DNA from: a virus
Strand: one strand, 5' to 3'
Virus record (IMG/VR): IMGVR_UViG_3300025133_000028
Length of the DNA: 64,000 nucleotides
The notes beneath the pieces were generated by a model that had not been told where the DNA came from, ran no database searches, and saw only the letters and a list, made by a program, of their open reading frames with translations. Both the position numbers and the translations under genes were made by a program. Shown here piece by piece: positions 1 to 7,151 of this stretch. Position 1 is the stretch's first letter. Each line of letters begins with the position of its first letter.

Positions 1-656
1 GTTGTGTTCGGGACGAAATCCTTAACATTCCTTCTAAAGATGTTGACTACTCTGTTGAGTGTATGTCTTTTAACCATATGCGAGAATCTATTTTAGGACG
101 TAATGGTGAAATCTTTTTGGAAACTCCAGAATACTTTACTATTCGTGCTAAAGTTCCTGGTTTGGGTGCATGTGACTTTGTTATGTGTCGAAAAGACGGA
201 GACTACTCGGACGGTAGACGACCAGATAAAGTAATTCATGGTACTCTTCTCGATGACTTAAAACGAAGAGACTTTACGATGAATGCAATTGCTAAATGTG
301 AGCAGGGTAATTTGATTGACCCTTTTAATGGTAAAAACGACATTGAACGTGGTGAAATTTGCCCTGTTGGGAATGCAAAAGACAGGTTTTGTGAAGACTC
401 GCTACGTATGATTCGTGCTATTCGATTTAGCATTACCAAAAACATGAATATGAACCCAGAAATTGTGCAGTGTCTGTTTAATTCTGAGTTGATTGCAAAA
501 TTAAAAAATGTTTCTGGTGAAAGAATTCGCGAAGAACTCCGAAAGTGTTTTAAGTTTAACACGATGAAAACGTTAGAAATGTTGCGGGATTTTCCAGAAC
601 TTTCTAATGCTATTTTTGAATGTGGTCTGTGGTTAGAGCCTACATTTAAAAGTTAG
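1..656 (+). CDS. cca: tRNA nucleotidyltransferase (CCA-adding / poly(A) polymerase family), 5'-partial, short head+neck form
   Basis: Frame is open from the window edge: CVRD...KDVD catalytic motif, DLKRRDFTMNAIA, DPFNG, EDSLRMIRAIRF (EDxxR), SGERIREEL. Confidence 0.9.
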   Translation, partial: CVRDEILNIPSKDVDYSVECMSFNHMRESILGRNGEIFLETPEYFTIRAKVPGLGACDFVMCRKDGDYSDGRRPDKVIHGTLLDDLKRRDFTMNAIAKCEQGNLIDPFNGKNDIERGEICPVGNAKDRFCEDSLRMIRAIRFSITKNMNMNPEIVQCLFNSELIAKLKNVSGERIREELRKCFKFNTMKTLEMLRDFPELSNAIFECGLWLEPTFKS

Positions 657-659
657 GAT

Positions 660-729
660 GGGGCGGGTGGTGGTTCCACAGTTAAGGCTTATATCCATGA
701 CTTCCTAGATTCAATTTCTAGTCGCCCTA
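660..729 (+). tRNA. atypical tRNA-Ile(UAU)-like gene
   Basis: Acceptor GGGGCGG/TCGCCCT, A73; D hairpin GTGG-TGGTT-CCAC abuts the acceptor; 7-bp anticodon stem with one mismatch, loop CTTATAT; T arm CTAGA-TTCAATT-TCTAG; no CCA. Confidence 0.7.
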
Positions 730-744
730 CTGAAAGGAAAAGAT

Positions 745-1056
745 ATGTTTAAAAATCTACTAATTTTGAGTGCGGGATTTATACTCTATTCTATGTGCGT
801 TTACGGGTCTTGTTTTATATCTGGTAATGGGTCAGAAGTTAAAGCTGGCGTGTCTAGTGTAGGTCACAAAATTTACGTTGATATTCCAGAGGTTAAAGAT
901 TTACCAGTAGAGCAAGAACCAAAACTGCTAGAAGACACCGAACAGTACTCAGAAATTCCGCAACCTCAAACAGAACAGGTACAAACATACGAATACACAA
1001 AGTATACAAGATATAGGAAAAGGTCTTGTGTTAGAAGACTACTTGGAAGACGTTAA
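745..1056 (+). CDS. hypothetical secreted/membrane-anchored protein
   Basis: AAGGA RBS; N-terminal hydrophobic signal-like segment; Arg-rich C-terminus. Confidence 0.65.
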   Translation: MFKNLLILSAGFILYSMCVYGSCFISGNGSEVKAGVSSVGHKIYVDIPEVKDLPVEQEPKLLEDTEQYSEIPQPQTEQVQTYEYTKYTRYRKRSCVRRLLGRR

Positions 1057-1057
1057 C

Positions 1058-1132
1058 GCGAGTGTAACTCAGTCTGGCCAGAGTAACTGACTTCCAATCA
1101 GACGGTCGCAGGTTCAAATCCTGTTACTCGCA
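1058..1132 (+). tRNA. tRNA-Gly(UCC)
   Basis: Canonical cloverleaf: GCGAGTG/TACTCGC, D stem ACTC/GAGT, loop CTTCCAA, T arm GCAGG-TTCAAAT-CCTGT; no CCA. Confidence 0.93.
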
Positions 1133-1136
1133 AAAA

Positions 1137-1226
1137 ATGGTAAAAACAGAAATAAAAAAATGCGACGTTCTTTGTGCTAACTGTCATTTTAAACATCATT
1201 ACAACGAAAAAGAGAAGGAAGACTAA
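1137..1226 (+). pseudogene. C-terminal remnant of an HNH endonuclease (29 aa)
   Basis: Translates MVKTEIKKCDVLCANCHFKHHYNEKEKED*, matching the EIxKCxVLCANCH tail of phage HNH proteins. Confidence 0.65.
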
Positions 1227-1290
1227 ATCTTCAGGGCGGAGAGAGAAATTGCAAATTTCTTGTCAGACGGTTCGACTCCGTTCCTTCTTT
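1212..1290 (+). tRNA. atypical tRNA-Cys(GCA)-like gene
   Basis: GAGAAGG/CCTTCTT acceptor, U73; anticodon arm AGAAA-TTGCAAA-TTTCT; T arm GACGG-TTCGACT-CCGTT; 9-nt instead of 2-nt acceptor-D connector. Confidence 0.65.
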
Positions 1291-1297
1291 CTGTCGT

Positions 1298-1360
1298 GCG
1301 GTTGTGGTATTATGGGACATTGCCGATGTTCAGACCGGAGTTCGATTCTCCGCAGCCGCA
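1298..1360 (+). tRNA. D-arm-less tRNA-Gly(GCC)-like gene (63 nt)
   Basis: GCGGTTG/CAGCCGC acceptor; 10-nt loop replaces the D arm; GGACA-TTGCCGA-TGTTC; CGGAG-TTCGATT-CTCCG. Confidence 0.75.
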
Positions 1361-1415
1361 CTGAAAGTCGCAATTATAATTGTAAACAATTGGAAAAACT
1401 AAAGGAGAAAGTTTA

Positions 1416-1946
1416 ATGGGAATGGTGAATGTTCGTACATTAGTCGCTGGTGATACTTTTGTACATAACGAAAAAGAATGGACAGTAAAACCGTCTGGTA
1501 GAGCTACTACAGAAGATGGCGATATGCTTATTGTTAGGCAAGAAAGTTTTGACGTATTTGTTAAGGACGATGTTATTAGCAAAGAAGACCCCTACGCAAG
1601 CGTAGAAAAAGACGAAAAGGTTGTAGAATATACGTTTCCTGATGACAACCATTATGTCGAATCTGTTACTTTACAAGAAGGCAAAGTGTGGGCTAATCAA
1701 AAAGACGCAGATAAAGTTCCAGAGTTTGATGAAGAAGCTGGACAAAAAGCATTAGAAGCTGTTGAAAATGGTGATTTTGTTACTGGTGAAGAACTTGAGC
1801 AAGAAGTTCAAAAAGCAGTAGAAGAAGGTTTTGCTCTAGTAGAAACTAGTGATGATTTAGACGTATCAAAAGACGATAATACCGATTCTGTAGAAGATGT
1901 AACAGAAGGAGATAGTAGTGACGAAAGCGACGAAGACGAAAATTAA
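1416..1946 (+). CDS. acidic hypothetical protein
   Basis: AAGGAG RBS; 176 aa, very D/E-rich C-terminus. Confidence 0.75.
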   Translation: MGMVNVRTLVAGDTFVHNEKEWTVKPSGRATTEDGDMLIVRQESFDVFVKDDVISKEDPYASVEKDEKVVEYTFPDDNHYVESVTLQEGKVWANQKDADKVPEFDEEAGQKALEAVENGDFVTGEELEQEVQKAVEEGFALVETSDDLDVSKDDNTDSVEDVTEGDSSDESDEDEN

Positions 1947-2220
1947 TCCAATGTCTGATTATGTAGCTGTTAAAATTGATACAGCAGAAACACATACTCC
2001 TGGTGGATTGGCCTTGCCTGCTAGTTCTCAAGACAAACCTCAAGTTGGAACAGTAGTTGCTATTGGTCCTGGTGCGTTACACGATGGAAAACGCGGGAAT
2101 ATGCAAGTTTGCGTAAAAGACAGAGTGTATGTTAATAAATACTCTGGTAATGAAGTAGAAGTTAATAATGAGACATTGCTTATTATCAGACAAAACGATA
2201 TTTTGTTAAGCTTGTCTTAA
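1918..2220 (+). CDS. groES: co-chaperonin GroES
   Basis: INPMSDYVAV, TPGGLALP mobile loop, GTVVAIGPG, KYSGNEV, IIRQNDIL; GTG start with AAGGAG. Confidence 0.93.
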   Translation: MTKATKTKINPMSDYVAVKIDTAETHTPGGLALPASSQDKPQVGTVVAIGPGALHDGKRGNMQVCVKDRVYVNKYSGNEVEVNNETLLIIRQNDILLSLS

Positions 2221-2227
2221 CTCGGCT

Positions 2228-2296
2228 GCTGGTGCGTCGTGGCGGCGACTTGTTCTTGTAAAACGAGTTTTTAGGATTCGATTTTCTACACCAGCT
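2228..2296 (+). tRNA. atypical tRNA-Thr(UGU)-like gene
   Basis: GCTGGTG/CACCAGC; D hairpin CGTCG-TGG-CGGCG abuts the acceptor; 6-bp anticodon stem CTTGTT/AACGAG, loop CTTGTAA; T arm TAGGA-TTCGATT-TTCTA. Confidence 0.72.
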
Positions 2297-2331
2297 TTTC
2301 CTAAAAAATTGGTATTTTATCAATTTTTTAG

Positions 2332-2360
2332 TTGTCAAACCGGCAAAAACCGTGTATACT
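2332..2360 (+). promoter_or_regulatory. sigma70-type promoter
   Basis: TTGTCA-N17-TATACT; predicted start ~2366-2367 coincides with the first hairpin RNA. Confidence 0.75.
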
Positions 2361-2366
2361 TTATTA

Positions 2367-2428
2367 GAGCAGTGAGGCAACGGGTTACTTCTCGAATTAG
2401 AAACCAACACCCATGCCAATGTACTCTC
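2367..2428 (+). ncRNA. Y RNA-like small RNA, copy 1
   Basis: Terminal helix GAG(C)AGT/ACTCTC with a single bulged C, then GGCA/TGCC and GGGT/ACCC helices; upstream of Ro60. Confidence 0.65.
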
Positions 2429-2444
2429 ATTTTATAGAAAAAAT

Positions 2445-2516
2445 TAGGCAGTGAACGAAACGGGTTACTTCAAAATTTTACCTTTTTAAGACCAAACCCT
2501 TTCATTAATTCTCCTA
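2445..2516 (+). ncRNA. Y RNA-like small RNA, copy 2
   Basis: TAGG(C)AG/CTCCTA bulged-C helix, GAAA/TTTC, GGGTT/AACCC; shares GCAGTGA and AACGGGTTACTTC with copy 1. Confidence 0.65.
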
Positions 2517-2528
2517 TTTTTATAGTAT

Positions 2529-2573
2529 GAGGGTTTACAACCAGATATTTCTGGTCTGTAGCCCTCTTTTTTT
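2529..2573 (+). terminator. intrinsic terminator-like hairpin between the small RNAs and Ro60
   Basis: GAGGG..TACAACCAGA-TATT-TCTGGT.TGTA.CCCTC followed by T7. Confidence 0.7.
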
Positions 2574-2595
2574 ATCTCTCGTAAGGAGTAGTGAA

Positions 2596-4179
2596 ATGCC
2601 AGTTAATCAAACACGACCAAAAAACAAAGTCAACAACCTAAATCCTCATACTAACCATATGAATGGTTTAAGTTTTGATATCTCAAATCCCCTACATAAC
2701 CTAAGTTGTGCAGCTTCTAGCTGTTTCTTCGGGGAACCACAATATTATTTCCCAACTAAAGATTCTCGTAAGAAATCTACCAAGATTCAAGTGCAAATGC
2801 ACACTCGTGGTCTGATAGAAGAATATTTAGACGCAATCACTCCATCTGAGTGGTATTACGACAATACTCCAGCTAAATTGCTTGAAAAAGCTATTGACAA
2901 AGCGTTAGACTGGAACCCAGAAGCTACCCTAACGGAAGCTGTGCGTTTGCGTAATAAGGAAAATATCAGAACCACACCACAAGTTATCTTGGTGCGTGCT
3001 GCTAATCACGTTAAGCTTAAAGGTACTGGATTGGTACGTAAATACGGAACAAATATTGTTAAAAGAGCAGACGAATTGTCTGTTTGTCTAGCATATCAGC
3101 TTCAGGCATACGGAAAACCAATTCCAAACTCTTTGAAAAAAGTACTACGTGATGGACTTGATAGGTTTACAGATTGCCAATTAGCTAAGTATCGTATGGA
3201 AAATCGTACTGTAAAAACAGTAGACGTAATGAACATGGTACACCCAAGTCGTACAGACAAAATCGACAAACTAGCTAAAGGTATGCTAAAAACCACAGGT
3301 AATACCTGGGAATCTATCCGTAGTAATGGTGGTAGCTGGGAAGATGCTATCGCTGTAATGGGACATATGGCTTTGTTAAGAAACTTGCGTAATTTTGGCA
3401 AGAACGAAGTAAATCCAGACCTATATTTGGACAAGTTGGTAAATACCACCGTTGGTGGAAAACAACTACCATTCAGATATTTTTCTGCGTATAACGCTTT
3501 GAAAGAAGCTGATTTTAACAACCCAAGAGTATTGGACGCTGTAGAAAACTGCTTAAACATTAGCATTTCTAACATTCCATCAATCAAGGGAAAAACTATG
3601 TCATTGTGTGATAATAGCGGGTCTGCACACGGAGCTATGACTTCTAGTGCTGGTACTATGACTATGGCTACCATTGGTAACCTAACTGGTGTTATTACCG
3701 GAATTATGGCAGATGAAGGTTATGTTGGTACTTTTGGTGATAGACTAGAAGTAACACCTATTCGTAAGAACTCTAGTGTGTTTGACCAACTAAAAACCGT
3801 TAATAAAACTGGACGCAGCGTTGGTGCTGCTACAGAAAATGGTGTGTGGTTATTTTGGGACAAAGCTATTAAAACCAAAGAACACTGGGACAATGTATTT
3901 ATCTACTCTGATATGCAAGCTGGTCACGGTGGATTGTATGGTTGTAACGCTAATGAATACTCAAATTATCAATGGGGTGGACGACATATCCACGTTCCTA
4001 AGTTAATTTCTGAATACAGAAACAAAGTTAACAAAAACGTTAACGTATTTTTGGTTCAAACTGCGGGTTACCAAGACACTATCGTTCCCGAATTTTACGA
4101 TAGAACTTACATCCTTGGTGGATGGGGTGATGGTATTTTACGTTTTGCGGCTACTATGATTGCGGCTAATAACCGATAG
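2596..4179 (+). CDS. rsr: Ro60/Rsr TROVE-domain RNA-binding protein with vWA domain
   Basis: MALLRNLRN and QLPFRYFSAY TROVE motifs; MIDAS DNSGS ... SDMQ; start placed at ATG 2596 after AAGGAG. Confidence 0.9.
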   Translation: MPVNQTRPKNKVNNLNPHTNHMNGLSFDISNPLHNLSCAASSCFFGEPQYYFPTKDSRKKSTKIQVQMHTRGLIEEYLDAITPSEWYYDNTPAKLLEKAIDKALDWNPEATLTEAVRLRNKENIRTTPQVILVRAANHVKLKGTGLVRKYGTNIVKRADELSVCLAYQLQAYGKPIPNSLKKVLRDGLDRFTDCQLAKYRMENRTVKTVDVMNMVHPSRTDKIDKLAKGMLKTTGNTWESIRSNGGSWEDAIAVMGHMALLRNLRNFGKNEVNPDLYLDKLVNTTVGGKQLPFRYFSAYNALKEADFNNPRVLDAVENCLNISISNIPSIKGKTMSLCDNSGSAHGAMTSSAGTMTMATIGNLTGVITGIMADEGYVGTFGDRLEVTPIRKNSSVFDQLKTVNKTGRSVGAATENGVWLFWDKAIKTKEHWDNVFIYSDMQAGHGGLYGCNANEYSNYQWGGRHIHVPKLISEYRNKVNKNVNVFLVQTAGYQDTIVPEFYDRTYILGGWGDGILRFAATMIAANNR

Positions 4180-4189
4180 GAGAATTATT

Positions 4190-4447
4190 ATGGCAACTTT
4201 GCAATGGAACAGACCAATACAACAAAAAGCTTTGTATTTTTCGGACATTCAAGTAAACGAGTCCTTTAAAATTACATCACCACACTCTCATGGAGCAGTC
4301 TACAGAAAAGTAGAAGACAGACATGGAAAAGGATTCTCTATGGAAGAAGCTACGGGTAAAATATATGACCCAACACCTTCTCCTATAGAACGAGTTGATG
4401 TAGAAGTTCATATTTGTAGGCCAAAACCGCAAATTAAAGGATATTAA
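4190..4447 (+). CDS. hypothetical protein
   Basis: AGGAG RBS before ATG 4190. Confidence 0.7.
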   Translation: MATLQWNRPIQQKALYFSDIQVNESFKITSPHSHGAVYRKVEDRHGKGFSMEEATGKIYDPTPSPIERVDVEVHICRPKPQIKGY

Positions 4448-4497
4448 AGAGTCAGGTCAGTTGTCGGTAAACTCCCGGTTATGAGGAACCGTCTTTT

Positions 4498-4568
4498 GCT
4501 TCTGTGGTGTAATGGTAACATAAAATCTTGGTACGATTTAGATTCGGTTTCGACTACCGACAGAAGAT
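4498..4568 (+). tRNA. tRNA-Thr(GGU)
   Basis: Cloverleaf with G1.A72 mismatch; D stem GTGT/ACAT; AAATC-TTGGTAC-GATTT; TCGGT-TTCGACT-ACCGA; no CCA. Confidence 0.8.
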
Positions 4569-4580
4569 TTAGGGATAATT

Positions 4581-4823
4581 ATGTGGGAAACAAGACAGTG
4601 TAACATGTGCCTATCGCACAACGAATTGTATATGGACAACCCACTGTGGATGGCATGGCAGTGTTGGAGTTGTCAAGACAACTATTGGCGTGATGAACAA
4701 ACTCATTATGACTACCTTATACTCCACGGTCTAACAGGAACGGAAGCTAATGCTAGAATAAATTCCGCCCACCATACTATATTTTTCCTTAATGGCAGTC
4801 CTGAAAGGACTGAAGACGTATGA
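4581..4823 (+). CDS. hypothetical protein, two CxxC motifs
   Basis: CNMC and CWSC; RBS present. Confidence 0.6.
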   Translation: MWETRQCNMCLSHNELYMDNPLWMAWQCWSCQDNYWRDEQTHYDYLILHGLTGTEANARINSAHHTIFFLNGSPERTEDV

Positions 4824-5023
4824 ACGAACATGAATTAATGAAACTCAAATTTGACGGTGGTTGGTATTACATGCAAATGTATGACGGAACTTTCGTTGTT
4901 GGGTATTTGTTAGACATGAAAACTGGCGTGTTTGGAATAATTTATTCAGTCGTGTGTGCTGACGATAAAACAATTGTGGATGTTGACCCCGAAGAAATAG
5001 AAAGTGTGATGCAACTTATTTAG
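4820..5023 (+). CDS. hypothetical protein
   Basis: ATGA overlap with upstream ORF. Confidence 0.55.
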   Translation: MNEHELMKLKFDGGWYYMQMYDGTFVVGYLLDMKTGVFGIIYSVVCADDKTIVDVDPEEIESVMQLI

Positions 5024-5058
5024 CTGGTTAACGCCAGCGTTTTTTATAGGATACTATA

Positions 5059-5868
5059 ATGCGCAGTCAACTAATAGTATGGAGTAAGGACAGAGCCTGT
5101 CAATTACACCTATTGCTTGAAAGTATTAAAACATATGTTCCAGACCATTTTGAAATTGATATTATATACACATGGTCTAACGAAAAATACAAAGAAGCAT
5201 ATGATAAGTTGATAAAAATATCTGATTCTCATATTCAATGGGTTATAGAAACTCGTGATTTACAGACAGAAACTGAATTTCTTATCAATCAAGAGAAAAA
5301 TAACCATATTTGCTTTAGCACAGACGATATGGTGTTTTGGCGAGAACCAGAAGGTTTGGCAAAATTGCCGGAATTTGACCACGAAGTTTTTTCTTACCGT
5401 TTAGGTCAAAACACAGTAGTTCAGGATTGTCACAGACGTACTTTCCAGCCTCCTTTATGCCAACCTCACAGAGTAGATTGTTACGTGGGTTGGGATATTC
5501 GCGGATATCATCCCTTGCATAATTACGGGTATCCACTTGCACTTGACACCCACGTTTTTACTAAGCGTAAGTTTCTTGAATTATCAGAAAGATTTGTCTG
5601 GAACAACACGAACTCCCTAGAAAGTGGTTTGCATAAATATTCAAACGAGACTTATATAATATATTCTTACGAAACCAGCACAGCGGTCAATATTCCGGCC
5701 AATAACATGAGTAGGATTACGATTGCTGGACAAGAATTCGGATATACAACCAGTTTTTTAAATGATTTGTTCCTTGAAGGAAAAAAGATTAGTCTTGCAG
5801 AAGTAAGTAAACAAAAAATTATTGGGTGTCATCAGGAAATGCCTTACGTGTTTATAGGGAGAAAATAA
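5059..5868 (+). CDS. putative GT-A-fold glycosyltransferase-like protein
   Basis: IVWSKDRACQLHLLLES N-terminus and FSTDD acidic motif. Confidence 0.5.
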   Translation: MRSQLIVWSKDRACQLHLLLESIKTYVPDHFEIDIIYTWSNEKYKEAYDKLIKISDSHIQWVIETRDLQTETEFLINQEKNNHICFSTDDMVFWREPEGLAKLPEFDHEVFSYRLGQNTVVQDCHRRTFQPPLCQPHRVDCYVGWDIRGYHPLHNYGYPLALDTHVFTKRKFLELSERFVWNNTNSLESGLHKYSNETYIIYSYETSTAVNIPANNMSRITIAGQEFGYTTSFLNDLFLEGKKISLAEVSKQKIIGCHQEMPYVFIGRK

Positions 5869-6167
5869 TGACAATGGATATCGAAGTAAAAGGTTCTCAT
5901 ACAGAAGAAAAACGAGTTAAAGCAAAGGATTGTTTTGGTGCTGATTACGGTGTTGTGTTTCAACAATATTTTCATGGTAAACCACAAAAAACGTACTTGA
6001 TTGGAACAGGACATGCAGACAGACCTATTAGTGTCTGGTGGGACGAAGAAGAAAAAGAATACAAAATCTCTTCAGAATCTAAAAAAGAACTAAAAGAATA
6101 TCTGCCCTGGGTCCAATTCAAAAAACTTCCTAATGCTCGTGTCAGACTGGAGTTAGACTGTGGATAG
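5868..6167 (+). CDS. hypothetical protein
   Basis: GGAG RBS; TAATG coupling to upstream gene. Confidence 0.65.
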   Translation: MTMDIEVKGSHTEEKRVKAKDCFGADYGVVFQQYFHGKPQKTYLIGTGHADRPISVWWDEEEKEYKISSESKKELKEYLPWVQFKKLPNARVRLELDCG

Positions 6168-6567
6168 ATTAAAATTTCGTGTTTGGTCTAAAAGTCAGGA
6201 AAGATTTTTAAATCATACAGAACAAGACCCGATGATTGATTGTCAGGGAGATGTTTCTGTTTATGATAGAGAAACTAAAGAATGGCATTGTGTGGTACAT
6301 AATCCAGATTTTGTAGTACAACAATGTACTGGTGTTAAAGATATTAACGGAGAATTAATTTATGAGGGAGATATTTGCAAAGCCAAAAAACCAAACTCTT
6401 ATCTTAATAATGAAGATTGTGAAATTAGATGGGACGAGAGAGGAAGATGGGTTTACTTTTTACCTAGAATAAATAGATATGCTACAGCCGGAAACAAAAC
6501 ACCATATCAAATTGGATGTCAAGGAAATTCTAGATGTGAAATCATAGGAAATATTTTTATCAAATGA
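6160..6567 (+). CDS. YopX family protein
   Basis: LKFRVW ... QCTGVKDINGELIYEGDI ... EIIGNIF. Confidence 0.88.
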   Translation: MDRLKFRVWSKSQERFLNHTEQDPMIDCQGDVSVYDRETKEWHCVVHNPDFVVQQCTGVKDINGELIYEGDICKAKKPNSYLNNEDCEIRWDERGRWVYFLPRINRYATAGNKTPYQIGCQGNSRCEIIGNIFIK

Positions 6568-7133
6568 CTTTAATTAATAAAATACAAAAAGAAAGACCAG
6601 ATTGGACATCACAGTTCATTCTTCATGCTTTTCACTGTTCTTTACGTAGTCATGATGCTCAAACTCAATGTGGTGCTGTACTGGTTGCTTCAGACAATAC
6701 TATTATTAGCGATGGTTATAACGGTTTTATTCGTGGGATTGACGACAACAAACTACCTAACCTACGACCAACCAAACCAAAAGATTACGGTAACCCAACT
6801 CAAGATAAATACATCTTTATGATTCATAGTGAACACAACGCTATACTTAACGCAGCCAGACAAGGTAAAAGTACTTTAGGAGCAACAGTTTACGTAACGG
6901 GTGAGCCTTGTTGTAATTGTTTGCAGTATATGATACAAGCTGGTATCACAAAAATCGTTTTTACTAATGTTAATAAAGCTAATATGACGGTTGTAAATCC
7001 AGACTACAAAAAGACTTTTGACTTAATAGTAGAACTTACTGGTATAGACATAGAAGAAATAGACATAGATAAAATTAACCCACAGTTCTTGTTAGAAAAA
7101 CTTTCCAAAATTTTTGTTGACAAACCAACGTAA
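6564..7133 (+). CDS. dCMP deaminase
   Basis: RSHD..TQCGAVLV, GYNG, HSEHNAI, PCCNC zinc motifs. Confidence 0.9.
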   Translation: MTLINKIQKERPDWTSQFILHAFHCSLRSHDAQTQCGAVLVASDNTIISDGYNGFIRGIDDNKLPNLRPTKPKDYGNPTQDKYIFMIHSEHNAILNAARQGKSTLGATVYVTGEPCCNCLQYMIQAGITKIVFTNVNKANMTVVNPDYKKTFDLIVELTGIDIEEIDIDKINPQFLLEKLSKIFVDKPT

Positions 7134-7147
7134 GTGGCGTATATATT
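7117..7147 (+). promoter_or_regulatory. promoter (TTGACA-N17-TATATA) overlapping a TGGCGTATA motif
   Basis: TTGACA 7117-7122; TGGCGTATA 7135-7143. Confidence 0.7.
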
Positions 7148-7151
7148 AGTA

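Noticed and set aside
1174-1416. 80-aa ORF
   Set aside because: Runs through two tRNA-like genes; no RBS or recognisable motif
2367-2516. Mini CRISPR array
   Set aside because: Only two degenerate copies, whose ends pair across each unit; no cas genes; fits structured RNAs better
2527-2595. ORF-track N-terminal extension of Ro60
   Set aside because: Overlaps the terminator hairpin; strong RBS precedes ATG 2596
4448-4497. Possible small RNA before tRNA-Thr(GGU)
   Set aside because: Only a 5-bp hairpin (CGGTT/AACCG) with a short T run; insufficient support
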